Part shown: positions 13,601 to 25,792 of the stretch, piece by piece
Numbering within the stretch: the first letter of the stretch is position 1
How the letters are laid out: every line of letters starts with the position of its first letter
DNA from: Lama guanicoe
Taxonomy: Eukaryota
Assembly (NCBI GenBank): GCA_013239625.1
Contig: MU054187.1
Coordinates: 2,613,757 to 2,677,756 of the forward strand
Length of the DNA: 64,000 nt
Reading direction: 5' to 3'
The notes under the pieces: generated by a model
The model's database searches: none
Told to the model about the DNA's origin: nothing
The model's input: the letters and a program-made list of their open reading frames with translations, nothing else
Translations under genes and position numbers: made by a program

Positions 13601-14161
13601 CAGAACTGGATCGCGGTGAGATTACGAAGTGGGTGCAGTTTTACCATAACTGCTCCCAGCTTCTCTAATGTGTTTTCTCAAGATCTACTCCTTCTAAGGC
13701 TTTCCAAGGCACCGATAAATAACATATTTTTAGCGGATGTTTTAAGAAGTATACGCACCCCAAATGGGAATTTGATGAGCAAGGCACTTCAAGGTCATTG
13801 TGCACCTCCCCCCACCCCAACAATAGCGCTGTAAGTGTTAGGATGGCAGGGAGCTCCGCTGAGGCCTCTCCTGGACACTCAGTGACCTTCACCAGAGCCT
13901 CTGGACCTGGTTCTTCCTCTCCGTCCCTGCTTTCGCCTTCATCCTGACACATCTCAGCTCCTTGACCCATGACCTTATTCTCTGCTGGGCCACAGCTTCC
14001 GGTTCTCACGGTGCAGAATGTGAAGTCTGAACCGCGTTATCTCTTGAAACAGCTCCATCTCGAGAATCACGCATTCCAACATCCTCCGCGCTGGCCGCAG
14101 ACCGGGTCCCTGCAGCTTCCTGGGCAGGGGTTCCCACCACCACCGTCCTTCCATCTTGGGG

Positions 14162-14570
14162 TGTAACCGAGCAGGACCCTATGGGGCTTCTGAGGACAGA
14201 CCCCTCCCCCATTATCCCGGCTTTAACTCCTGTAATAGTATCTGATGCATCTTTCCTGAGTATTTTGGATGCTAAAACCACCACCAAATGGAGGAAATTA
14301 ACTACTTGATGATCGTGAGCACGTGGTCCCCAGATGTTCCAGTGCCTGAGGATTCATCACCATCAACCAATGAGAGACCAGTCACGTACCTGGGATGGCC
14401 CTCCCTCACCTGGCCTGTAAAAGTGCTTGGCGGAAACCCTTTGAGGAGTTCGGGGTTTTAGAGCAGGAGCCACCCACTTCCTCGTATGGGCGTCTTTACA
14501 GCAGACGCTGCCCTGCCCTCCACCGCAGCCCCGTGCGCGGGCGAGCACACCCAAGTTTGGTTCGGTAACA
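14162..14570 (+). mobile_element. Solo ERV LTR (about 409 bp)
   Basis: Termini TGTAACCGA...TCGGTAACA (TG...CA imperfect inverted repeat), GGGG 4-bp target-site duplication on both sides, internal CCAAT and TGTAAAA TATA-like motif. Confidence 0.8.
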
Positions 14571-17500
14571 GGGGTGCCGCCCACACTTCCGCCCTTTCTC
14601 GCTGTTCACGCGCCCTCCTCTGTTAGCTTCCCCAGGATTCAGGTTGGATTCCAGGGCCCGTCGTGCCAGCTGCTCTCCTGTGAGCACTCCAAGCTCACGT
14701 GCCCTTGTTTTGTTGCACGTGTCTGGCAAGGTTGAGGTGGACTGAGCTCAACTATGCTCGCTCTCTGTCCCTGCCCTGGGCACTGGGCACGGCTGGAGGC
14801 AAGTCCCCCAGCCAGGCAGACGGCTGTCACTGTACAGCCTCCATCACCAGCCTCACAGTGCTCCTTCTCTGGGCAGCCTCACTGTGCTTCTCTGATCTGC
14901 CTCCACTCCTGCCTCTGAAAACACTTTTCAAACATTTTCCATCTCCTTCAGCCCCAAATATGACCTACCTCTCCACGGACTTTGGTTTTCATTTTTATTT
15001 CATAAAAAATAGTCTTATCGGTCCAACTGGTGGACTTTGTGCCACCAGATCGCCCCCACCACCACATCTCCTCTGGATGCTATGCAGCGGCCTTTCCTCC
15101 TCCAAAGAAGACTTCTTTTCCATTTTGCTCTGGGCCTGAAGATACTGAGAAGTGGTTGACAGTTGCGGCAGTGGGGAGGTCGTTGGTGAGCCTGAGAAAG
15201 CCACGTGGGAGCGGCTAGAAGGTGAAGAAAGCAACCAGACAGCTACAGAGCTCTCGTTTGAGAAACGTGATTCTGACGGGCAGCTGTTGTCCTGTTCCTC
15301 CCCTCCTTCCTCTCTACCCAGTCCCTTCCGCCCCCCACCTCTGTCTTCCACACAATAGGAGCAGCTGCAGGACAAACAAGAAGCAAAAAACACTCTCCAA
15401 CCTTGCATCTCTCAGCTATTGACCAATTGGTGGCTTCTCTTCGTGATAAAATGTCTCCGGCATCTTGCAGGTTTGGAGAAAGTAACTTGCAAGGAAGATG
15501 CTAGAATCAGTTTAACAGATCAGCTCCTCACTGACTGACTGCAGACCCTGTACAGGGCACTGGGTGAGGTGGTGGAGCGTCAAGGTTGCATAAGACGCAG
15601 CTCTGTTCTCCAGAGCCTGCAGGGTGGCCCTGGGACAAAGCAATGGTGACACAGGGCACTACAAGCAGGAAGTGAAGAGGGCGGGGCCCAGGAAGCACAA
15701 AGGAAGAAGGAAAGTGAACCCTGTCTGCCGGGGTCAGGAAAGGCGGTGCCTGAGCTGGGCTTTGAGAGGTTAACCTGTGGGGCTGAAAGTGGAGGAGCGG
15801 AGACAGGCCGGGCGCCGGGTTGTGGGGGCTGCAGAGGCCGGCGGGGCAGGTGGTGGTGGGCGGGGGGAGAGCGGGCTGGAAGGACAGTGATCTCAACCAG
15901 GGCACGGGGGCTCACACCGAGGATCCCAGCCACTTAGTCTCTCTAATCCCAAGGACATCAGAACCACTGCGTTTGGTCTAGGTATGGTCCTAGGTGTTAG
16001 CAGGTGCTGCATAAATGAAGAATGAGTGAATATTTTCTCTTGTGAAACTTGCCACATTACGTGTGTTGTTTGAATGAAAAGGGCTGAAGCACCTAAACTG
16101 CTCAGAACACCGTGAGGCACAGAGCAGGAGAGGCGGTGGAGTGTAATGGTGAGAGCTTCACTCGATGGGACTGGGCACCCGGCGCGCGTGTGCTGGCTTC
16201 ATTGCTCACCGTGACTGTAACCAAGCTCCCTGGCCTTCATTCTGATAGCACGGGATTCACAAGATTATCGCGACGGGTAAATGAATTTAATACGTGCAAG
16301 GCACTTAATGCTTTGTAACAATTCATGATCATTGTTCATAGTTACCATTAATACCAAGTGTGGTTAGCAGTGACTTTTAACAGTTTAAATTATGATTAAA
16401 TAATTTTTGACCATGATGATGGAATCCCGTAGGAGCTGATTCCTAAAGCCCTGCCCCGTCTGCTGCCCTCCCCCGTCTGCCGCCCTCACCCAGCTGCATC
16501 CTTTCCTGGCGTACCCATGTCTTTTGTTGAATGTTGGGATTCGGATCACTCGTTGTGTCTGTCAGCTGATGGGAGAGGATTCTGCACTGACAGCCGCATG
16601 GGAGATTGGGAACAGCCATCCACAGACCTGAACCTCATGGTACTCTAGTGTCTAGGGAGCCCTGCTCCCTCATTTAAAGTGTGCTTGAATAATTCATGTA
16701 GAAACCAATGTGTCTGCCTGGAATTATGTTCTGGAAGGCCACAGAAAGAAATCACAGCTCGAGGTGTGCACTCTGGGAGATTCACATGACGTCCTCCCCC
16801 CATTTTTTATTTATTGTCATGTCAGCTTTCAGAGTCATGTCAGCTTTCAGATCAACTGTTCAGTGAGACAAAGTGCATGTGCTTTTCTAGTCTTTTTTTT
16901 CAATCAAAGCACAGTCAGTTACAACGTGTCAATTTCTGACGTACAGCATAACATCCCAGTCCTGCATATACAGACATACATTCGTTGTCATAGTCTTTTC
17001 CATTCAAGGTTGTAGCATATGTTGAAAAACCATAGTAACCAACAGGGTGAAGCTACAGAAACCGGCTGCAAAGCTTTCACTTTTAAAGAGTTTCCAAGCA
17101 CCCTGCCCTTTCCCTAAAGGACTCTTTTCCCTTTTATGGATGAGCACTGGGCTCTGAGACAGTGTAAATAGAGCTTCCTGTTCAGGGCAGCGCTGGCTCC
17201 TGCAGGAGCCCAGGGCTCCTTTGGGAAAAGTTGATAGGAACTGGGAGCTGTGTGTGACCCAAGGCCCGGGAGTCAGCTGAGCCAGCGGGGAGGGAAACAC
17301 ATTGAGCAGCCCCTTTGTGCAGACCGAGGTCCCAGAAGCACTTCTGGGAAAGCAGGTCCGGTGCTGTACACACAGTCCTCGTGAAGAATGGCAGGGAAGC
17401 GGGCCGAGCTGCAGAAGGACGTTCCCAGATTAGACGCCCAAACCTTGGACGCGGCCGCTTTGCAGAACGCGGAACGGAGAGCTGTCTGGAATTCCCACAA

Positions 17501-17699
17501 TCTGGGGATCGTGTGTTTCGCATGAGTAGAGGTGGAAAAGTCAGAGAAAAAAGAAATTGATTCCGTGCAAGCCAACTCGAGCCCAGTAGGAAATATTTTT
17601 TAGGGGACTTGCTGTTGACACTAAGGACATGAAAGTGAAAATCTGTTTTCCTTCTTTCTTAACCTGAATATTTTCCTATCCTTTAAAATTTTTTTTCTT

Positions 17700-17930
17700 G
17701 TTTATTTATTTATTTTTACTAAAGTAGAGTTGATTTACAATGTTGTGTTAGCTTCTGGTGTACAGCCTAGTGAATCAGTTACACGTATATACATGTTCTT
17801 TCTCACTATAGGTTATTACGAAGTATGGAATACAGTTCCCCTTGCTCCACCATAAGACCTTGCTGTTTACCTGTTTTGTATCTAGTGGCTTGTATCTGCT
17901 AATCCCAAACACCTAATTTATCCCTCCCCC
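17700..17930 (-). mobile_element. L1 3'-end fragment
   Basis: TTTTACTAAAGTAGAGTTGATTTACAATGTTGTGTTAGCTTCTGGTGTACAG...CTAATCCCAAAC. Confidence 0.8.
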
Positions 17931-18714
17931 CATATTTTCTTATACTTTCAAGTGATAATGGTAAAAGGAATATTTATTTGTGGTTGAGTTGATGTGTCAT
18001 TCATTCTGATAATTTTGGTCTGTGACTTTTGTGCATTTCACAGTCTCATCCATGGTGGCAAGAAAATAAACTAACGTGGTGCAACTAATCCTTTCAGACT
18101 TACTCATGATGGTGTGATGACAATTGTAAATATTACTTTGATGATAGCTAACATTTACTGAGCACTGGCTATGTGGTAAGCGGTGAAATAGACCAGGAGT
18201 CTCCATCAGTAAAACACGGCTTGAGCCTGAACCAACAAACTGTGTTTGCTAATTCAGTGTCAAGGATACAGACAGACCCACCACACTGTTACATTACGTG
18301 TGCTTATAAAGCATAAATAAAAATACAAACCAAAGGAGTGATGTGAATAAACAAATAGAAGTTCTTATGTTTTCTTTTGCATGATGGTAGTTTGTGTGCT
18401 AATGGAGTATGGACACCCCAGTTTGGAGACCACTCTGCAAACACTGTTATAAACTGTTACAAACAGTATAAACTGTTAGTATTTCCATTTTAAAGGTGCA
18501 CACACTGAGGTATACAGAGGTGAAGCCCTTGCCAAAGGTCACTGGGGTGTCACTGTGGGAAGGGCTATGGGCTGCTGTACCATCCCTGGGACCTCATTAC
18601 CTGTCCCATTTCTGCAGCTGCTCCAGCTGCATTGCCAGGGAGCTTGAGCCATCCTGCCAGGGTGTTCATATTTTTGCCACTTTGCAAAACAGTGGATGGT
18701 TTGCACGTGCAAAC

Positions 18715-19245
18715 CAATAACCCAGCAATTCAACCCAAGAGAACTGAGAAACATACATTCACCCAGATTTGTACACAATTGTTCATAGAAGTTTTATTCA
18801 TAATAACCAAAACCTAGAAACACTGCAAATGTCCATCTGCTAATGAATTGATAAATGAAATGTGTATATTCATTCAAAGAAATATTATTCAGCAATAAAA
18901 AATGAAATGACTGTTAATACAGACAACAACACGGATGAATTTCAAAAACGTTATGCTAAGTGAAAGAAGCCAGACTGAAAATATGTTGTCTGATAACATT
19001 TATGTGAAATGTTTTTAAAAAGCAGAACTGTAGAGACAAAACATAAAAAGTGGGCTTGGGGTAGGAGCAGGGACTGATGGCAGATTGTCAGCAGGAAACG
19101 TTTCAGGGTGATAAAGATGCTGTAAAACTGAATTGGGAGGAATTGAATGACTGCATTAACTTACAAAAATCACTGAATGGTAGATGTAAAATGGATGGGT
19201 TTTAGGGCATGTAAATCATACCTCAATGAGCTTGTTTTTTAAAAA
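18715..19245 (+). mobile_element. Old L1M 3' fragment
   Basis: ACCCAGCAATT...TGTTCATAG...CAAATGTCCATC...TTATGCTAAGTGAAAGAAGCCAGAC...ATACCTCAAT. Confidence 0.8.
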
Positions 19246-19659
19246 GAGAGAAAAAAGAGCGATAAAATCATTTACTATTATTTTATTTCCACGAGGAGAA
19301 GTCTGACATTCTTTTCCCCATGGTCCACACTTAACCCTAAGAAAAAGCCTCAAAAATTTTTTTTGAATTGTTTGTGTGTTTGAGAGGAGAGTGAGAGTAA
19401 ATAACTAGTTTTACTAAAATTATTCAATAAGCATTTGCAACCTGGTACTTGAATCATCCCATAAATATATGTATTAACACCCTGTGCTCACTCTTTTGGT
19501 TTTTAACCATTTTATTACTCACTAAATATAATTCACAGACCATACAACTCACCCATTAAAAGTGTCCACGTTAGTGGACTTCAGTATATTCAGAGTGTCT
19601 TCACCACTATCTATTTTAGAACATTTTCGTTAACTCCCCAAGAAACTCCGGTTTCGAAA

Positions 19660-19880
19660 AATCTAATTGGTTTTTGCAAAAAAATGCATTTTGTTTCTGT
19701 TGCTTATGGTAGATTTGTTATTATTTAATGAATTGACAACTATTTTGAAAAGTTCTCAGTGTTAAGATCTAGTATGTTTACTACTGATTGATATGGTCCA
19801 CATAAACAAAATCTTTTGGGTTTCTCAATAATGGTAGAGTGTAAAGGGTTCTCAAGACCTGAAGGTTAGAGACACGCTGG
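19660..19880 (+). mobile_element. hAT-Charlie-like DNA transposon end
   Basis: CCACATAAACAAAATCTTTTGGGTTTCTCAATAA...GTGTAAAGGGTTCTCAAGACC...GAGACACGCTG resembles a Charlie-type terminus. Confidence 0.5.
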
Positions 19881-20690
19881 TCTTAGACTCATTATCTTGA
19901 CTTTCTCAAGTTTCACACATTTCTCCATTTCAAAATCCAGCTTGGTTTTTGTTTCTTATTTGACCACCTTAAGCCTCTGATATTGTTGTCCTCTCCCTTC
20001 TTAAAAACTTTTCTCTCTTTGATGTTTGAGACACCGGCCTTCCATCTCTTCCCACCTTCCTGCTTTTCCCCGCCCCTTCGCTCGCTCCTTGCCCTTACAC
20101 GTTGGTTATTCTCAGGGTTCCGACTCCGATGAGCTCTCCCCCTGGTCCAAGTGTTTTCCCTGTGGTGTCTCATCCACACCGTTGGCTTCGGCTGCTGCCA
20201 GTGTATCGATGCTCTCCAAATCTGCAGAGCTTTCCTGGGCTCTGTGGCCCCACTTCCAAGTGCCTGTTAACATGCCACGAGCATCTGGAGGTGGACACGT
20301 CCAACTGAAACTCACGAACTTCCCTTTTTGCAAACTCACTTTTTAAACTTGGGCTACTAATATTATTATCCATTCATTTGGAAACAATAAAAAAGGAAAT
20401 TCAAAACACTAATCTTGAAAGACTTGTGAAGTTATCTTTGAGTCCGTCTTTTCCTGCCCACCCCCCATGTACAGTAGATCCTCAAATCCAGCTCCAGCAC
20501 CCCCCCCCAGCTCTCATGTCTGTTCCTGTTCAGGCTCACAGCGTCCTCTCCCTGAACTACTACAGCTGTCCTGTCGATCAGTCAGCCTCCTCTCTCCCGG
20601 TTCCTTTTCAGACATGCACACGCGTCCACTGTCACTTTTGGTTTTTAAAGTTCTTCCCTGCTTTCTCCTCATCTATAGGATGATTTCATG

Positions 20691-20692
<2 letters not shown>

Positions 20693-20747
<55 letters not shown>

Positions 20748-20750
20748 TAT
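20693..20750. repeat. (TA)n(CA)n compound microsatellite
   Basis: Read directly. Confidence 0.95.
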
Positions 20751-20756
20751 ACAACT

Positions 20757-20862
20757 TTTATTTTTTTTTAAGTTTTTTTAAAAAAACAGAGGTACTGGGG
20801 ATTGAACCCAGGTCCTCATGCATGCCAAGCATGTGCTCCACCGCTGAGCCGTGCCCTCCCCC
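20757..20862 (-). mobile_element. tRNA-derived camelid-type SINE
   Basis: GGTACTGGGGATTGAACCCAGG...CCACCGCTGAGCCGTGCCCTCCCC is the reverse complement of the SINE head. Confidence 0.85.
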
Positions 20863-21429
20863 ACAGCCCCGATTTCACGGTTCTTAACCAGGCTCTGGCA
20901 CATGGAGGCCTTCGTCACTGGGCTCTGCTGAGCTTTCCAGCTGTGTCTCTCTCCACCCCTGACGTGTGCCCATTTCTGGGCGATGCTCTGTGCCGCCCCT
21001 GTGCCTTGGCTCTCTGGGGCTCTCTGTCTAGACTGGCTGTACCGTGTCTGTCAGCAGAACCCGCCCTGTGGGTCTCTTGTTTTTTCCAGGTCTCTCTTCA
21101 GAGTCCAGTCCTCTCTGAGATCTTCCCTCTCTCAGCCCAAGGCACCTCTGCTCCCTTTATCTTGCCAACTCAGAAATCCACCTGAATCCACTCGAATCAG
21201 CCCTCATCACGTCTCACTGGGTTGTGGATATTTGTTGCCATCTCTCTTCCCCACCAGACCGGGAGTGTGGGCTGCATCCCCGGTACGCCTCCCAGCTCCC
21301 GTCCCAGCTCCGCCGCGACTGTGGGGAGGCTGGGGTGAGCGGGGACGGGACCGTGCTGCCCCTGCTCTCTCACTGAACCACCAGCGGAGACTCCTTTCTC
21401 TTCATAGTTCGAATCAGCGTGTGAATGTA

Positions 21430-21541
21430 GTGTTTGCGTCAGCAGCACAGACGCTAAGATTGGAACCGTGCGGAGAAGCCTAGCACGGCCCCTGTGCAAG
21501 GGTGACGTGCAAACTCGTGATAGGTTCTGTGTTTTTTTTTT
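21430..21541 (+). pseudogene. RNU6: U6 snRNA retro-pseudogene (full length, decayed)
   Basis: GTGTTTGCGTCAGCAGCACAGACGCTAAGATTGGAACCGTGCGGAGAAGCCTAGCACGGCCCCTGTGCAAGGGTGACGTGCAAACTCGTGA...TTTT aligns ungapped to U6, with about 26 differences in 106 nt by manual count. The ACAGAGA box is mutated to GCGGAGA, and no upstream PSE/TATA is seen. Confidence 0.9.
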
Positions 21542-21579
21542 ACATTGTCCTGCATTTAATTTAATTTAATTTATTTTAA

Positions 21580-21690
21580 AATATATTTTTATTGAAGTAT
21601 AGTCAGTTTAAAATATGTTAATTTCTGGTGTACAGTGCAATGCTTCAGTCATATAAGAACATACATATATTCCTTTTTCATATTTTTTCA
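21580..21690 (-). mobile_element. L1 extreme 3' end (antisense)
   Basis: TTTTTATTGAAGTATAGTCAGTTT...TTTCTGGTGTACAG. Confidence 0.8.
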
Positions 21691-21707
21691 CCGTGTTCCA
21701 TATTTTT

Positions 21708-21890
21708 ATGTATAAAATAGATAAACAACAAGGACCTACTGCACAGCACAGGGAACTGTACTCAATACCTTGTGATAAGCTATAATGAAAATAATCTGAA
21801 AAATGTATATAATCTATGTATGACTGAATCGCTTTGCTGTACACCTGAAACTAACATTGTAAGTCAATTGCACGTCAATAAAAAAATTTT
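21708..21890 (+). mobile_element. L1 3' UTR end
   Basis: ATGTATAAAATAGATAAACAACAAGGACCTACTG...CTGTACACCTGAAACTAAC...CAATAAAAAAA matches the L1 copy at about 55060-55240. Confidence 0.85.
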
Positions 21891-22681
21891 TTTTAAAAAG
21901 AAATGTGAATATTGAATTGCTTCATCACGGAGAAACAGGCACAAAATAAATAACTGTGATGACACAGATGACGTGAAGCTCCCTTCTGGCTGGGGGCTCA
22001 GGGAACGTTCCCCGTGGCTGTCGTTTGCCGCTCCTCCTAGATGAGCGGAGTGGAGAGGACACAGAGAAGGATGCTGACAGGGCAGCGATGCTGGGATGAA
22101 CGGGCTCGTGGGGAAAGAGAGGGAAACCCGGGCGAGGGACTTGGGAAAAAGAGGTCCTGGAAGGGCGACGAGGAAGATAGAAGAATACAGCGGGGGAGCA
22201 TTGTGGGAACAAACTCAGAAACAGCCCAGAAGAATAGTCAGCTCGCTGCCAATAAGGAGCCACGGGGAAAAAGAAATACAGGAATGAGAGGAAACTCTGG
22301 CAGGATGCAGCTTCACAACTCTTTTCAGAGCCCGAGCTCTCGCCGGCGTCTTTACATTGTCTCTGAAGTGTGTGTCCACCCTGACTCCACATCCAGGCAG
22401 GCCTTCTCTGGAAAGCACTCGGGGTCAAAAGGCCAGAGCCCCCACGTTAGAACTGGACACTGTCTCCTGGAGGAGTGCACCGCCCCAGGAGCCAAGCCAG
22501 CTGACCCCCAGTCGTCCGACCGTTGGATGAAATAGTTCCAGTAATTGTGAGTTTGCTGTGATATGGACGCGATGCCCACGGAACCCAGCTGTCCTTCTGG
22601 AGTGTTCCAATAGGATTTTAATAGGACCCTGTCTGACATCAAAAGTCAGAAATGACTCCTGCTCAAAAAATATACAGGGGT

Positions 22682-22834
22682 GGAGGAGGGTACAGCTCAG
22701 GGGTAGAGTGAATGCTTAGCAGGCATGAGGTCCTGGGTTCAGTCCCCAGTCCCTCCATGAAAATAAATAAATTAATAAACCTAATTACCTCCCCCCAAAA
22801 CAAACAAAAAACTAAAAACAAACAAACAAACATA
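22682..22834 (+). mobile_element. tRNA-derived camelid-type SINE
   Basis: GGAGGGTACAGCTCAGGGGTAGAG (A-box)...GAGGTCCTGGGTTCAGTCCCCAG (B-box)...ACCTAATTACCTCCCCCC, then A-rich tail. Confidence 0.9.
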
Positions 22835-25404
22835 CAAGAGATCAAGGCTATAGCCGGTAATTGCTTTGCAGACCCTTAGAGCTATAAATTTAATAATAAC
22901 TTAAAAATTGCGGCAGAACAGAAGGGCTGAGCTTATAAACCCCCCGTTTCTGTAAATGCAGGCTTTCTCAGGAATTGGAACTTGAGCGACAGGCTGCAGA
23001 GTGACTGGAGTAGGTCACGTGTTGAGACGAGGGTTAAGTGACCACGGTTTAGAACAGCACGTGCTTTCTTATTGAACCCATTCGTAATCCTTGCCTGGTT
23101 TTGCAAAACACCACATCTAATCACTTCAAAGTCAAAGTCAGCAGAACAGACGAGAAAGCAGATGTTTTGCCAAGACACGAATATAATAACTTTCATTTTC
23201 AAAGTTCTCTCGGCCTGTCGTTCAGGCCTGCAGAGAAAGCAGCATGTGGACACCCTTACGTCAGAACGTTGGTGTCCTTTTTTCGTTTTAGTCCCCTTGA
23301 AACGCCAGACCACTAACTAAGCATTTAGAAACAAGCAGGGTCACAGGTTCTGTCCCGGAGGTGAGGCTCCGCCGGTCCCGCGCATCGCTTGTCCTTCAAG
23401 GGAGAGACGGCTGTGTGCGCAGGAGAGGAGGCAGGCACCTGGCGCTTCTGTCCAAGTTAGCGTTGAGGGTAATGTTCTTCCTCAGCTGCCACCTGCTTTC
23501 TGTGACGCTCTGTCAAGTCTCACACCTTGTCCATGGGGCTGCGGAGTATGAGGCCGAGGGGAGTGGGGCGGCCTGCGGGGCCAGCTCAGGATGCTGGAGG
23601 CAGGGAGATGGGCCCGCGGTCACCCAGCAGCTGGCCTGGGGAGGAGCCGGGGCTGGAACTTGGTTTCCCAGCTCCGGCACCTGTGACGTCACAGCACATC
23701 ACCTGCTCCTCTGCCCACAGGAAAGACTACCCCTGGGGCAGCTCCCAAGGTCCAGGACATTTTCAGATCTGTGAGCCAACCTGCTTTAGGAGAACCTGTG
23801 TTGGCTCCCCAAGCAGAGGAGGCTGCTCAGCTGTCTTTGGTGAATGCTTACAAATGATGAAGGAGGACAGTGGGGGGACATCGCACAGGAGGTCGAGCAC
23901 ATAGCACGTGGCAGTTTAGCTGAGCAGTCAGGAGCCACGGTGGGCCTCCCGCTGTGCCCGGAACGGCTTCTCTGTGGCCGGGGCCGGCGGCGGGGTCCCT
24001 CTGGCCTCTGTCTCAGGGCTCCTGGGAGGGTTCGGGGGGCGCGCTCACCACCAGGCCTGCCGGATGGTGAACACTGCGCGTGTTAGCTGTTACAGAAAGT
24101 GCTAGACGGAGCTGCGTTTTACTTTGAGGCGCCCACAACAATTTGGTGGCATCTGAAGGTGCCAAGTGCAGTCGCTCTCCTGCAAGGATGTGCGGTCTTT
24201 CCAGCAGCTCTTCCCCTAGTGGGGCGCCCAGCTGCCCACCCTGAAGACCCCAGCTGAGTCCCTCACGTGCAATTGGCAGGAATAAGAGCCATGATCTTTT
24301 TGGGCAATAAACAGGCCAGCCCGGCCAACCCACAGGCTCTCTGAAGGTGGAGGCATCACCGCTCTGTAAAAGCTCAGGGTACCTGGTTCCAGTCGGTACC
24401 GCACACCATCCACTGCACCCGTGTCGGGTCCTCCCGGGGGTTCGGGCCAGGAGCTCTGGGCACCCGGAACCTGCGGCGCTCAGGCATCACACAGGTGCGT
24501 CAAAATCACCGAGCGCCCGCCCCACGCAGAGCTGCCCCTGCTCCTAGGTCGCGTCAATGGTCGCTGCCTATTTGCCTGCCCGAGTCGTAAACCTGGGAGT
24601 CACACTCCACTGCCGCCTCACCAGCACCCCCACCACGTGGTTTCCCCCTTCAGTCAGTTCCCTGAGTCCTGCCACCTTGGTATTGTTCAAATCCAAGTGT
24701 CCTTTATTTGTAGTGACACTGGCTTGACTCCAGCAGCAGTAGTATGTTACCTGAACTGATGCAGCCACGTCCTTGTCCTGCAGACTGCTCCCTGCATCAC
24801 TGCCCCCGCTGGCAGTCATCTCTGGCCCATGGCTCGGGGCCCCGCTGCCCGCTGGAAGGAGCCCAGCAGCCTTGGAGTGGTTTCACGGGCCACTGCTGTT
24901 TCAGCCTGCCCGCCACCCCTCCTCCCACCTCTGGTCACAGTGCCTGACTCTCCTCGGGGGGCCCTCCCGCCCCACTCCCCTCCCTGGGCTTTGATCCCCA
25001 GCCGCTCCTCTCCGCCTCCTCCGGTCAAGCCAGCTCCAGGCTGACAGGGGAGGGAAATGTGGTCTCACTGGCACAGTGACTGATGCAGGCTTGGTCATCT
25101 GTCTCCATCAGCCCAGTGAAAAATCAGTCTTTGGAACTATTGGTCAAAAAGAGCTCCTTCTGTAGGTGGGTCTCAATGCCAGGCAGTCTGAGCCTGGATC
25201 TGTTGGTAGCTGTCTGGACATGGACCCTGGACCTGCCAAGGGATGGGCCAACAGGGCAGAGCCTGGGTCACACACACCACTGACACGTCAGACGCTTGGG
25301 TTCAGGCTTGTTCAAACCCCGTACCCTCTGTCTATTCAGCTACGCAGACCCTTTTTTGTTTAAATCCATCTGACCTGATATCTTGCTTTTTGAGAAAAGA
25401 CATT

Positions 25405-25792
25405 TGGTGCAGACTTGGTAAATTGGTGCAGCCACTATGAAGAACAGTATGGAAGTTCCTTAAAAAACTAAAAATAGACTTACCATATGATCCAGCAGTC
25501 CCACTCCTGGGCATGCACCTGGAGAAAACTCTAATTCAAAAAGACACCTGCACCCCAGTGTTCACAGCAGCACTATTTACACTGGCCGAGACGCGGAAGC
25601 AGCCTCAGCATCCAGCAAACGAGAAGCACCTACTGCCGAGCACAGGGAGCTGTGTTCAGTGTCGTGTGATAACCGGTAATGGGAAAGCCTCTGAAAAAGA
25701 TAGGTGTATATATGGATAACTGAGTCACTTTGCTGTACCCCTGAAACACTGTAAGTCGACTATACTTCAATAGATAAAGAATTTTTTAAAAA
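25405..25792 (+). mobile_element. L1 3' fragment with internal deletion
   Basis: TGGTGCAGCCACTATG...CCATATGATCCAGCAGTCCCACTCCTGGG...GACTATACTTCAATA. Shorter than the same segment at 54410-55245. Confidence 0.8.

Noticed and set aside
15040..15058. Weaker CTCF-like motifs (GCCACCAGATCGCCC here, others near 8290 and 24215)
   Set aside because: Mismatches at high-information core positions. Cannot be supported without a PWM scan or ChIP.
21430..21541. Functional U6 snRNA gene
   Set aside because: About 25% diverged, ACAGAGA box destroyed, no Pol III upstream elements, and flanked by L1 sequence.
22682..22760. tRNA gene (A/B boxes), also at the other SINE heads
   Set aside because: Part of a dispersed tRNA-derived SINE with AT-rich tail and TSDs, seen seven times in the window.
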